A model generated the notes under the pieces. The model worked only from the letters and a program-made list of their open reading frames with translations, made no database searches and was not told where the DNA came from. Both the position numbers and the translations under genes were made by a program. A stretch of 44,454 bases of DNA from Escherichia phage Snoke, in sequence record MK931441.1; one strand, given 5' to 3'. Below are positions 7,238-15,953 of the stretch, one piece after another. Positions within the stretch are counted from its first letter, which is position 1. Each line of letters starts with the position of its first letter.

Positions 7238-7939
7238 ATGAATCGTTTTTTACACTATCCGTTCCAGGAAGAAGCTGGGGCAGAAGATAAATCCGGCGGT
7301 GGCGACGCTCCAAAAATGTTCACCGCTGAAGAAGTTCAGGCGATGATTGAGAAAGAAGTTGCCGGACTTAAGGCCAATCAGGAAGCATTGCTGGCGGAGA
7401 AGAAAGAAGCCGCCCGTAAAGCAAAAGAGGCCGAAGAGGAACGTCAGCGCGCGCACCAGGAGGCGCTAAAAGCCGCCGGTAAGATGGACGAGTTCGAAAA
7501 GACGATTCGTAGCCAGTATGACCCGGTGTTAGCCGAGAAAGATGGTCGCATCACCAAAATGGCTGAGCGCATCCTCGGCAGCGAACGTAAAGCGGTGTTA
7601 GGCTCTTTCGCAGGTGATTTCATCACACCGGAAGCAGTAGACATTCTTGCTCCGTTCGTTAAGACTGAGTTTGAAGGCGATGACGTGGTTACTAAGTTTG
7701 TTGGTGCAGACGGCAACGTAATCACAACTGACCCGGAACAGTTCCGCAAATACCTGCGTGAACACAAAGCGTTTTCGCATTTGATTAAAGCAAATGCAGC
7801 TTCCGGCGGCGGGGCTTCCGGCGGCAAAGGCGGCGGGGCCGCACCAGCGTTTAAAGACATGAACGAAGCGGAGCGTTTAGCTCTGTACAAATCGAACCCT
7901 GCCGAATTTGAACGGCAACTTAAAGCCCTGAGGAAATAA
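7238..7939 (+). CDS. scaffolding protein (putative)
   Basis: Charged, helix-prone, A/E/K-rich protein immediately upstream of major capsid gene; start taken at first ATG (ORF track extends to 7184). Confidence 0.5.
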   Translation: MNRFLHYPFQEEAGAEDKSGGGDAPKMFTAEEVQAMIEKEVAGLKANQEALLAEKKEAARKAKEAEEERQRAHQEALKAAGKMDEFEKTIRSQYDPVLAEKDGRITKMAERILGSERKAVLGSFAGDFITPEAVDILAPFVKTEFEGDDVVTKFVGADGNVITTDPEQFRKYLREHKAFSHLIKANAASGGGASGGKGGGAAPAFKDMNEAERLALYKSNPAEFERQLKALRK

Positions 7940-7941
7940 TA

Positions 7942-8991
7942 ATGGCAATTACCACTATCGGCGATATCGTAACTGGCAACGTACCCGTCCTTCTGTCCTA
8001 TATGACTGAGGACCCGGTAGAGAAAACTGCGTTCTTCCAGTCCGGCATCCTGGCCCCGACCCCGTACGCTGCTGAGATTGCTCGCGGTCCGTCCAACGTC
8101 GCTAATATTCCTTTCTGGAAAGCGATTGATACCTCTATCGAGCCGAACTACTCGAACGATGTATATCAGGACATCGCCACTCCACGCAACGTACAAACCG
8201 GTGAGATGATGGCACGCGTCGCTTATCTGAACGAAGGCTTCGGACAGGCAGACCTGACTGTTGAACTGACCAGCCAGAACCCGCTGCAATCTGTTGCCGC
8301 TCGTCTGGATAACTTCTGGCAGCGTCAGGCACAGCGCCGTCTGATTGCTACCGCTCTCGGCCTGTATAACGACAACGTAACGGCAACCGATGCTTACCAC
8401 GAGCAGAACGACATGGTTATCGACGTGTCTGCGACTCTGGGCTTCGATTCTGGCGCGTTCATTGACGCTACCCAAACCATGGGTGACGCGCTGATGGGTA
8501 ATGGTGGTGAAGTGCTGGGGGCAATCGCGATGCATAGCTTCGTGTATGCGCAGGCGCGTAAGCAACAGCTTATCGACTTCATCCGCGATGCCGACAACAA
8601 CACCATGTTCGCCACCTACCAGGGCTACCGCGTGATTGTTGACGACAGCATGACCGTAGTTGGTACTGACTCTAGCCGTAAGTTCATCTCCATCATCTTC
8701 GGCAACGGTGCTATCGGTTATGGTGAAGGCAACCCGTCCAACCCGCTGGAATATGAACGCGAAGCGTCTCGCGGTAACGGTGGTGGCGTAGAAACCCTGT
8801 GGACTCGTAAGACCTGGCTGCTGCACCCACTGGGCTACAGCTTCACCAGCGCGGTAATCACCGGCAACGGCACCGAGACTACCCCACGCTCCGCTTCCTG
8901 GCAGGACCTGGCAAACGCCTCCAACTGGAACCGTGTTGTTGACCGCAAGCATGTACCGATTGCCTTCCTGGTAACTGGTGTCGGGGCTTAA
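7942..8991 (+). CDS. major capsid protein
   Basis: 349-aa ORF after scaffold, good SD GAGGA, followed by strong hairpin; position and size typical of major capsid protein. Confidence 0.7.
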   Translation: MAITTIGDIVTGNVPVLLSYMTEDPVEKTAFFQSGILAPTPYAAEIARGPSNVANIPFWKAIDTSIEPNYSNDVYQDIATPRNVQTGEMMARVAYLNEGFGQADLTVELTSQNPLQSVAARLDNFWQRQAQRRLIATALGLYNDNVTATDAYHEQNDMVIDVSATLGFDSGAFIDATQTMGDALMGNGGEVLGAIAMHSFVYAQARKQQLIDFIRDADNNTMFATYQGYRVIVDDSMTVVGTDSSRKFISIIFGNGAIGYGEGNPSNPLEYEREASRGNGGGVETLWTRKTWLLHPLGYSFTSAVITGNGTETTPRSASWQDLANASNWNRVVDRKHVPIAFLVTGVGA

Positions 8992-9006
8992 GGTTAAGAT
9001 ATAATC

Positions 9007-9033
9007 GAGAGGGACTTCGGTCCCTCTTTTCAT
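9007..9033 (+). terminator. intrinsic terminator/attenuator after capsid gene
   Basis: GAGGGAC-TTCG-GTCCCTC hairpin followed by TTTTCAT. Confidence 0.6.
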
Positions 9034-9050
9034 TTACTAAGAGGTGATTT

Positions 9051-9359
9051 ATGGCTAAGACCGGAAAAGGCTTGCCGCGCAGCCTTCAGAATGTCGACTT
9101 CGGCGACTTTGATATCCCCGTCACGCCCGCCACTACCAGCGTAGTTGGTGGCGTTAAAAAGTCAGCCACTGTAGCTGCACCCGCGGTCATTACCGCTGCC
9201 GCCGGGGCGCAGTCCGCTGCGGATCCGACTAAAGCCGAGTTCGATGCTCTTGTAGCGGAGTACAACAAACTTCGAACCGATGTTACCGCGCTGCGCACTA
9301 CCGTAGCAAATCTGTTGACTGCGCTTAAAAACGCAGGAACCGTAAGTAAAGGAGCTTAA
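9051..9359 (+). CDS. hypothetical virion protein
   Basis: ORF in head gene cluster, A/T/V-rich; no recognisable motif. Confidence 0.35.
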   Translation: MAKTGKGLPRSLQNVDFGDFDIPVTPATTSVVGGVKKSATVAAPAVITAAAGAQSAADPTKAEFDALVAEYNKLRTDVTALRTTVANLLTALKNAGTVSKGA

Positions 9360-9361
9360 AA

Positions 9362-9703
9362 ATGGTTGATGTAATTAAACGTCGTATTACTGGTGTGTCC
9401 GCCGATACCGTGGGTGCTAAAATCGATATGGCAAATATCTCGCCAGCGTCTTTCTCTTCCGCGCTGGCGGCTACTACCTCCGTTACCGCAGGTGAAACCA
9501 TGACACTGACCGTAACCGTAACGGGCGGTCTGGAGCCGTATTCCTACCAGTGGTACAAGAACAACAACGCTATCCCCGGCGCTAACGCTGCCACCTACGA
9601 GAAAACTTCGCTCGCTACTACCGATTCGGGTACGTATAAAGTGGTTGTTCACGATGTGTATGGTAATATTATCTCCAGCAGCACTGTAGCAACTGTGTCT
9701 TAA
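9362..9703 (+). CDS. Ig-like domain protein (possible capsid decoration)
   Basis: YSYQWYKNNNAIPGANAATYEKTSLATTDSGTYKVVVHDVYGN resembles Ig-like I-set domain. Confidence 0.5.
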   Translation: MVDVIKRRITGVSADTVGAKIDMANISPASFSSALAATTSVTAGETMTLTVTVTGGLEPYSYQWYKNNNAIPGANAATYEKTSLATTDSGTYKVVVHDVYGNIISSSTVATVS

Positions 9704-9739
9704 TACGACGGCCCTTCGGGGCCGTAATAAGGAAAGGTC

Positions 9740-9919
9740 ATGGCAGATAATTATGTAATCCGCGAAAAGTACACCCACGTTGATGTTGTTGACGGTCAGG
9801 TAATGCCAGTTCGCGGTGCTGTAGAGGCGGATGAACTGGTTGCAACCCAACCGGACAACGAAGAAGCGCGCAACAACGGCGGTGGTACTAAGCGTCGTCG
9901 CCGTAAGTCGGAGGAATAA
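9740..9919 (+). CDS. small basic protein (hypothetical)
   Basis: 59-aa ORF not in track (below 60 aa), SD AGGAAAGG upstream, C-terminal KRRRRK. Confidence 0.3.
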   Translation: MADNYVIREKYTHVDVVDGQVMPVRGAVEADELVATQPDNEEARNNGGGTKRRRRKSEE

Positions 9920-9922
9920 TTC

Positions 9923-10435
9923 ATGCCGCTAATCGTGGAGACAGGGGCAATCGTCCCGAATGCCGACAGTTACATTAGTCTGGCTGACGCCCGCGCGTTA
10001 GCGGCTAATTATGGCCTTGAGCTACCAGAAGACGATACCGCAGCAGAGGTGGCCTTACGCAACGGTGCTACTTATGTAGGGCTTGCAGAACCGCAGATGT
10101 GCGGTCGTCGAGTATCCGCCGAACAGTCTCTTGCATACCCCCGCACCGGCGTTACGTTAAACGGGTTCCCGGTGGTCAACAACGCCATTCCGAAACAGGT
10201 GATTCTTGCGCAGGTAATCGCTGCCGCTACATATGGCGCTGGTACTGAGGTGCGTGCTAACTCAGACGGGCGTTCAGTACAGACCGAACGCGTAGAGGGC
10301 GCGGTAACCGTCACCTACTTCAATAACGGCAGCTCTGGCGCTACTACATCAATCACCGCAGCCGATGACGCCTTACGTCCGTTACTGTGCGGTGGTCTTA
10401 ACAATGGTTTCTCGTTTAACGTGTACCGGGGTTAA
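9923..10435 (+). CDS. virion structural protein (possible head-tail adaptor)
   Basis: Position between capsid and tail genes; assigned by synteny only. Confidence 0.35.
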   Translation: MPLIVETGAIVPNADSYISLADARALAANYGLELPEDDTAAEVALRNGATYVGLAEPQMCGRRVSAEQSLAYPRTGVTLNGFPVVNNAIPKQVILAQVIAAATYGAGTEVRANSDGRSVQTERVEGAVTVTYFNNGSSGATTSITAADDALRPLLCGGLNNGFSFNVYRG

Positions 10436-10437
10436 AA

Positions 10438-11052
10438 ATGGCGAAGACTAAATCAGAGATATTCACGCTAATCGGTTCCGAGCTACCGGACAACACGACC
10501 GGACTTATTACGCCTGCGAAGTTGCGCGGGGTATTAACCCAGATGGCTGACTCACCTATTTACGCCACTCCGGGTGTTAAAGAGGTTGAAGTTCTCCGCG
10601 CTGCGTTGACAGTAGCGCAAGCGCCTACCGCAGTAGATACGGCGTTGCAGTTAACTTTCGGCTCTGCCCAGGGTAGTGCATCTGACCCGGTAATGATTAA
10701 TGCTGCGGGTCTTGTTACGTTCAACACCGCGGGTAACTACGCTGTTCGCATCAAGTTACAGGCCGGTCGTACAGGGGCCAGCGGTACATCTATCCTGTTA
10801 TCGCGCATTCTTCTGAACGGTGCTCAGTACGGCTCTCCAGCTGCCACGAAACTGGTAAGCGCGGACACCACAATCCCGATTGAATCCCGCGTCGTTATTA
10901 ACGCAACAGCAGGCCAGACGTTTGTCGTTCAGATTATGCGGGATAGCGCCGGGAGTAACTTCGGTGGCGTATACCCTCAAGCGGCTACCGTAACCGCATG
11001 GGGTGCAGCCCCCTCAGCGCTACTGGTTATTTCGAGACTGGAGGCCGCCTGA
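10438..11052 (+). CDS. virion structural protein (hypothetical)
   Basis: Synteny in neck region. Confidence 0.35.
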   Translation: MAKTKSEIFTLIGSELPDNTTGLITPAKLRGVLTQMADSPIYATPGVKEVEVLRAALTVAQAPTAVDTALQLTFGSAQGSASDPVMINAAGLVTFNTAGNYAVRIKLQAGRTGASGTSILLSRILLNGAQYGSPAATKLVSADTTIPIESRVVINATAGQTFVVQIMRDSAGSNFGGVYPQAATVTAWGAAPSALLVISRLEAA

Positions 11053-11411
11053 TGAGCACCGCTTTCAGTAAACGTATGCAAGGCGTTGGCACGCGCCTGC
11101 TAACCAAATTCGGTAGCACGGTATCTCTGGTTCGCGCTGGCTCGAAAGTGTGGGATGAGGTTCTCGGAGAGTACATCTGGTCTGCGGATGAAGTGCTGCC
11201 GCTGAAAGCCGTACCTGTTCCGGTTAACGCGGGCTTGGTTAACGGCACAACCATTCAGGCGGGAGACATGATTGTTAAAGCCGATTACAGCGTCGTCCCG
11301 AAGATGGAAGACAAGGTGCAATTCGGCGGTGAGCAGTGGTCGGTAGTAGCCATCGAGAAGAAGATGGTTAACGATGACGTTGTGGTATATTTTATTCAGG
11401 TGAGAAAATGA
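11052..11411 (+). CDS. virion structural protein (hypothetical)
   Basis: ATGA-coupled to upstream gene; ORF track start at 10998 overlaps upstream gene, internal ATG at 11052 preferred. Confidence 0.35.
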   Translation: MSTAFSKRMQGVGTRLLTKFGSTVSLVRAGSKVWDEVLGEYIWSADEVLPLKAVPVPVNAGLVNGTTIQAGDMIVKADYSVVPKMEDKVQFGGEQWSVVAIEKKMVNDDVVVYFIQVRK

Positions 11412-11803
11412 GTTTCGCGCTTGATGTCTCTAAGTTCGTTGAGAAGGCGAAGAAGAACCCTGAAACGGTTATGCGTCAGGTGTCTATCAAGCTGTTTTCC
11501 GCTATTATAAAGGCGAGTCCGGTAGACAAAGGGCGTTTTCGTATGAACTGGATGGCGTCGGGAGGAACCCCCGCTTCCGGAACTACAGACGCTACCGACA
11601 AGTCTGGTAACATCGCAATAGGAAACGCCACTAGTTTTGTGCTGAAAGCCGCAGACTGGCACGAGTTCACGCTGACTAATAACCTGCCGTACGCCCAACC
11701 TCTTGAGTACGGTTGGTCGCAACAGGCCCCGCAAGGCATGGTCAGGACTAATGTGTCACGCTTCCAGCAACTAATTAATGAAGAAGCCAATAAGGTAAAA
11801 TGA
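11408..11803 (+). CDS. tail completion protein (HK97 gp10-like, putative)
   Basis: Motif PVDKGRFRMNW resembles gp10-family signature; position before major tail gene. Confidence 0.5.
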   Translation: MSFALDVSKFVEKAKKNPETVMRQVSIKLFSAIIKASPVDKGRFRMNWMASGGTPASGTTDATDKSGNIAIGNATSFVLKAADWHEFTLTNNLPYAQPLEYGWSQQAPQGMVRTNVSRFQQLINEEANKVK

Positions 11804-12216
11804 TGGGCTACTTTGAAGACTTAACCAAAGCGTTCGACGTGCCGCTGGTAGCCTTCGGGGCCACCAACGGCATCAGGGTAGCGCTTGAGAACATCGACGC
11901 TCCGACGTCAACCGATACGCCATACCTTGCGAGTTACATGCTACTGGCGGATACCGAGCAGGCCGACTTATTTTTCACAGAGCAACGCGCCGGTGTTTAT
12001 CAGGTGGACATTAACTACGCATCGGTGAAAGGTAGCGCGCCAATCAATAAAATGGCAGACTTACTTAACACGGCGTTTAAAGCAGGTAAGTCTTTTTCAC
12101 GTAACGACATCTGCGCCGAAGTGCAATCGGTTAGCCTGGGGCCGCTGATTGTAGAAAATGGATGGGCTAAAAGACCATTGTCGATTAACTTTATTGCATT
12201 CACCAAGAGGCTGTGA
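11800..12216 (+). CDS. tail terminator-like protein (putative)
   Basis: Synteny immediately upstream of major tail protein. Confidence 0.35.
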   Translation: MMGYFEDLTKAFDVPLVAFGATNGIRVALENIDAPTSTDTPYLASYMLLADTEQADLFFTEQRAGVYQVDINYASVKGSAPINKMADLLNTAFKAGKSFSRNDICAEVQSVSLGPLIVENGWAKRPLSINFIAFTKRL

Positions 12217-13385
12217 ATATGGCTACAACTCCTTTTAAGGGCGCGAATACCGCGCAATTCTATGTGGCGGAAACTACCCCGGGCGTGACACCGACTTCCC
12301 CGGTATGGTCGCCGTTGCGTAATACTGGCGGCGTTCCCGCGATTACCCGCGACACTTTGACCTCCAACGAACTGGACGGCAGCCGCGAAACTACGTCAAT
12401 TCGCACTGGTAACAAACAGGTTAGCGGTGAATACGCCATCGAGCTTAGCTCTAAAAGTCAGGATGACTGGCTGGCAGGTGCTTTAGGCTCTACGTGGCAA
12501 TCAGGTGTATCCTTAACTGACCTGTCAATTACCGTCGCACCGGCAGGCAAGACGTTCACCCGTGCTGATGGTAGCTTTATTACCGACGGCGTTGAAGTAG
12601 GCGACCTGATTGCGTTTACCGACTTAACGGGAGATAACGCAAAACCGTTCATCGTCACTGCGGTAGAGGCACTGGTAGTGACCGGTGCGGGCATCCAGCA
12701 CACTCTCACCACAGAGACCGCTACTACTGCTGCTAAGACAGGCGACAAACTGGAAACCGGTAGCCAGTGTAAGACGTTCTCTATTCTCACATGGTACAAA
12801 GGCCAGTGCGGCGGGACTGACGCGTACACGCTTACCAAAGGTGTAGAAGTTTCTGGTTTCACTGTTGAGCAGGCCGTTAACGCGATGGTAACGGGCAGCT
12901 TCCCGTTCATCGGGCGCAGCCAGGAGATTCTCACCGAGCCGCCGTCTGGTTCTGATTTCTCCTCTGTTACGTTTGGTGATGAGCCGTTCTCCTCAGTTGA
13001 CGTTTCTGTGTTCGATGGCTCTACGCCGTTGCGTTGTGATAGCCTTACCATCACCAACGACAACAGCGCGTCCGCGCAGTTCGAACTCGGCAACACTAAC
13101 GTTGCGTTTGTGGAACGTAGCCGCGCGGCCAACACCTTCTCCATCTCCGGTAAGCTGTACGACATGGCGATGATTCAGAAGTTTATCAACGAACAGCAGG
13201 TAGAGATTAACTCTATTCTGGCGGGGGTAAACGGGGCTATGTCTTTCAGTCTGAAACGTGCAGAACTCACGGCGGTTACGCCAGAGATTGGTGGTCCTGA
13301 GTCAATCACTCAGAGCATAGAAGGACAGTCCACAGGCAATCAATATCAATCTTCTATTGTAATACAGCGCATTAGCTACGCGTAA
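12213..13385 (+). CDS. major tail protein (putative)
   Basis: 390-aa ORF upstream of chaperone/tape-measure genes, followed by strong terminator. Confidence 0.55.
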   Translation: MNMATTPFKGANTAQFYVAETTPGVTPTSPVWSPLRNTGGVPAITRDTLTSNELDGSRETTSIRTGNKQVSGEYAIELSSKSQDDWLAGALGSTWQSGVSLTDLSITVAPAGKTFTRADGSFITDGVEVGDLIAFTDLTGDNAKPFIVTAVEALVVTGAGIQHTLTTETATTAAKTGDKLETGSQCKTFSILTWYKGQCGGTDAYTLTKGVEVSGFTVEQAVNAMVTGSFPFIGRSQEILTEPPSGSDFSSVTFGDEPFSSVDVSVFDGSTPLRCDSLTITNDNSASAQFELGNTNVAFVERSRAANTFSISGKLYDMAMIQKFINEQQVEINSILAGVNGAMSFSLKRAELTAVTPEIGGPESITQSIEGQSTGNQYQSSIVIQRISYA

Positions 13386-13387
13386 GG

Positions 13388-13413
13388 AAAAGGCCCCTTT
13401 CGGGGCCTTTTCC
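13388..13413. terminator. bidirectional intrinsic terminator
   Basis: AAAA-AGGCCCC-TTTC-GGGGCCT-TTTT between convergent genes. Confidence 0.7.
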
Positions 13414-13587
13414 TTATTCCTTCAATTGCATTGGGTAGAAGTTAACGAGTTCTCCTTTATCCCGAAGCCGTGAATATTCATCTAACGCATCTTCCCGGCT
13501 ACTTACAGCATAGATATCATTCCACTCGTCCCATTCTTTGTCGTATACGCGGATTATGTATATTGTTTTCATTACATTCTTACTCAT
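13414..13587 (-). CDS. hypothetical protein (accessory island)
   Basis: Minus-strand ORF; internal ATG at 13587 has SD AGGAG 8 nt upstream; AT-rich. Confidence 0.35.
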   Translation of the reverse strand: MSKNVMKTIYIIRVYDKEWDEWNDIYAVSSREDALDEYSRLRDKGELVNFYPMQLKE

Positions 13588-13810
13588 CAATATTACTCCT
13601 GTACTCTCGTAACTTCTCCAGACTTTCAATTGCTTCCGCTAAGTCGGTTCCGGTGTCTTTGTGCCCGCGAAGGCCCATACACAATAGCTTCTTCAATGCG
13701 TGCTGTAGCGCCGGGTCGCGAATGTCGAAGGCACGCAGCACATCATAAACGTCTACTGTCATAGTGCTGCCGTGAGTGTTTGTCATTGTGCGGTTGTATT
13801 TATTTGTCAC
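13580..13810 (-). CDS. hypothetical protein (accessory island)
   Basis: Minus-strand ORF from track (GTG start); no motif recognised. Confidence 0.3.
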   Translation of the reverse strand: MTNKYNRTMTNTHGSTMTVDVYDVLRAFDIRDPALQHALKKLLCMGLRGHKDTGTDLAEAIESLEKLREYRSNIDE

Positions 13811-14000
13811 TGTTAACTCTCTTAAATCTGGCTATGCCTGACTCGTTAATGTTGCCTATTTCAAAGAAGCTGCGATATTTAGGCGAATACATTCTTACAT
13901 CGCCATTCTCTAGGGTGACCCCTTCATATACAGCACCTACTTCGAATCCATTTTTCTCCGCGTACGGACTCACATCGGTGCATTCATACATGTCTTTCAT
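13800..14000 (-). CDS. hypothetical protein (accessory island)
   Basis: Minus-strand ORF, coupled to upstream phosphoesterase gene. Confidence 0.3.
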   Translation of the reverse strand: MKDMYECTDVSPYAEKNGFEVGAVYEGVTLENGDVRMYSPKYRSFFEIGNINESGIARFKRVNSDK

Positions 14001-15127
14001 CCAAGCATCTCCGGTGAAATAGTTAAACGTGCGACCTCGCCATATTCGGCGCTATAAGTAATTACATTTGCACTACGACCTGACATCCATCCGCCGCGAG
14101 AGGCGTAGGCGTCTTTAGCCGCCAGGGTGCGGTGTTGCTCAACAACCATGTTACGGCTTTCTACAATCTTCTGATGGTGCAGGTGGCCTACATGGGCGTA
14201 GCTGTAAACACTCTCGCCGAACGCTTTGCGGAACTTGGCAATCATAACCGGTTCGATAGCGTCGAATCGTGCCTTATGCCCGTGGTGAAAGAACAGCGTC
14301 GTTTTGCCGTGTTGCACCATCTTGTAAACATCTGGCGACGTGTCGACGAACACCCGCGGCTCGTTGTCGTACAGCGTACTAAACATCTCAGCTAACCAAA
14401 TCATTCCGCTTTCGTCGTGGTTTCCTTGCACGATAAGCAAGCGAACATTTTTATGCTTAACCAGCGCCATACCGACAACACGGCGTACCATACGAATCAT
14501 GTAGCGGACCAGTTTCTGATAACGAGTGTCCGCATCAAGAACATGACCACTCGCTGGCGTAACCGCATCCAGACTATCGAAGTGCGCGAAGTCACCCAGC
14601 AGGTTAATAACCCCAGTTCCTGCATCTGGTGCTTTCTGAAACGCCGCATCGAACCATCGGGAGAACAGGTCTTCTGCAATCTTCATGTCCCAGTCGTCGC
14701 CGCTCTCGTCGGCCCAGGCCAGCATACCGAGATGGAAATCAGATACAGTGTAAAGATTAAGTAGTTTATCGTCACGTTTGGCGCGAACGGCTTTAACAGG
14801 CGCAACCGGCGTAATCTCTGACTTCATGCCCTCGATTACAGCTTTCATCAACTCGACCTGACGTTCAGCGTCAGTGTCTGTCTTAACCCATTGCAACTTA
14901 GTGTTGCCGAACTCGTCCACAAGCGACGACGTTCCTTTAATCTTGTAGCCGTCCGGGACAAGATGGCTAACGTCACGACCGTGACCTACGCCTTTCTTCG
15001 CCAGCTTCGCTTTACGGATACGAATAACTCGGTCTGAGATGCCGTATTTACGGGATATGTCGATAATCTTTGTTCCGGCGTTCAATTCTTCCTGTAACTG
15101 TTCGTCGGTTATTTTAATCCGGGCCAT
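13997..15127 (-). CDS. HTH domain + calcineurin-like metallophosphoesterase
   Basis: Phosphoesterase motifs in order: SDFHLG, GDFAHFD, GNHDE, HHGH, GHLHH; N-terminal HTH (ITDEQLQEELNAGTKIIDISRKYGISDRVIRIRKAK); SD GAGGAAG upstream. Confidence 0.7.
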   Translation of the reverse strand: MARIKITDEQLQEELNAGTKIIDISRKYGISDRVIRIRKAKLAKKGVGHGRDVSHLVPDGYKIKGTSSLVDEFGNTKLQWVKTDTDAERQVELMKAVIEGMKSEITPVAPVKAVRAKRDDKLLNLYTVSDFHLGMLAWADESGDDWDMKIAEDLFSRWFDAAFQKAPDAGTGVINLLGDFAHFDSLDAVTPASGHVLDADTRYQKLVRYMIRMVRRVVGMALVKHKNVRLLIVQGNHDESGMIWLAEMFSTLYDNEPRVFVDTSPDVYKMVQHGKTTLFFHHGHKARFDAIEPVMIAKFRKAFGESVYSYAHVGHLHHQKIVESRNMVVEQHRTLAAKDAYASRGGWMSGRSANVITYSAEYGEVARLTISPEMLG

Positions 15128-15166
15128 GCTTTACTTCCTCGTGTTTAGGATTTGTCCTATACTAGC

Positions 15167-15358
15167 TCACTTCTCTTTGACATTCGAGTTGCAAGCCCAG
15201 ATTAAAATAAATACCCACGGCAGCAGAACCCAGCCAAGAAACAGATTGGCCATGAATATCGCTAATTTCGCTTTATGACCCCGCATATGGGCCACTAAAA
15301 ACGGGATAAAATAAACTAAAACGATAATGATTAAGAAGAACATAGTAATACCTGTCAT
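15167..15358 (-). CDS. small membrane protein, superinfection-immunity-like
   Basis: 63 aa from internal ATG with SD AGGAG; two hydrophobic segments and motif AHMRGHKAKLAIFMANLFLGWVLLPWVFILIWA; ORF track start at 15496 would include the promoter. Confidence 0.5.
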   Translation of the reverse strand: MTGITMFFLIIIVLVYFIPFLVAHMRGHKAKLAIFMANLFLGWVLLPWVFILIWACNSNVKEK

Positions 15359-15399
15359 GGTGTAGCTCCTGTTCGAGTTAACATTGTTGGTGTAAGTGA

Positions 15400-15428
15400 A
15401 TAGTATCCTATTATGTTGGGGTGCGCAA
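15400..15428 (-). promoter_or_regulatory. sigma70-type promoter (class II) for minus-strand accessory island
   Basis: Minus-strand TTGCGC-17-TACTAT with spacer accccaacataatagga, identical to spacer at 37984-38000. Confidence 0.55.
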
Positions 15429-15536
15429 GTAATGTGATAGAATAATTTTGCGCCTAGTGTCGCACACGAAAAGCGGGTGGTTCCCGTCTGGCGCATTTAC
15501 CATTAACCTGTAACCTCTTAACCAAAGGATTAAAGA

Positions 15537-15953
15537 ATGAAACTTTCTGATTTTTATTACGAAGCTGAGGCAGAAAAAGGCGCCCGTATGCCGATACCAC
15601 TGAAAGACGGCACCGATTCAGGGGAGTGGCTGAACGTTGTTTCACCGGAGGCAGACGTTGCTGTTAAAGCTATGAGGGCGTTTACACTTGCGTACCGCGC
15701 GGCATTAGGTAAATTGAAACCGCTTCGCGATAAATGCGAGGAACTGAAAGATTTCTCGGAATACAACATCAAGATGGAAGACGCCGCAACGGACCTTAAC
15801 CGCCAGTTAGCGCTTGAACTGGTTAACGGTTGGAGTCTCGACGATGAATTTAATAAAGAGAACCTGAATACTCTTTTCTCACAATATAAACGACTCGCTG
15901 AACACGTTGTTGTTTTCCACAATGAACAGCTTCACCAATTGCAGGAAAAGTAG
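15537..15953 (+). CDS. tail assembly chaperone (G-like)
   Basis: 138-aa acidic protein immediately upstream of tape measure gene; followed by overlapping -1 frame ORF. Confidence 0.65.
   Translation: MKLSDFYYEAEAEKGARMPIPLKDGTDSGEWLNVVSPEADVAVKAMRAFTLAYRAALGKLKPLRDKCEELKDFSEYNIKMEDAATDLNRQLALELVNGWSLDDEFNKENLNTLFSQYKRLAEHVVVFHNEQLHQLQEK

Noticed and set aside
7444-9033. 529-aa minus-strand ORF spanning the scaffold and major capsid genes
   Set aside because: It runs antisense across two separate plus-strand genes including their intergenic junction, has no SD or promoter, and has the R/S/A/G-rich composition of a shadow ORF; the plus-strand genes have clear synteny and signals.
12458-13165. 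235-aa minus-strand ORF inside the major tail protein gene
   Set aside because: Antisense shadow of a well-supported structural gene; no translation signals.
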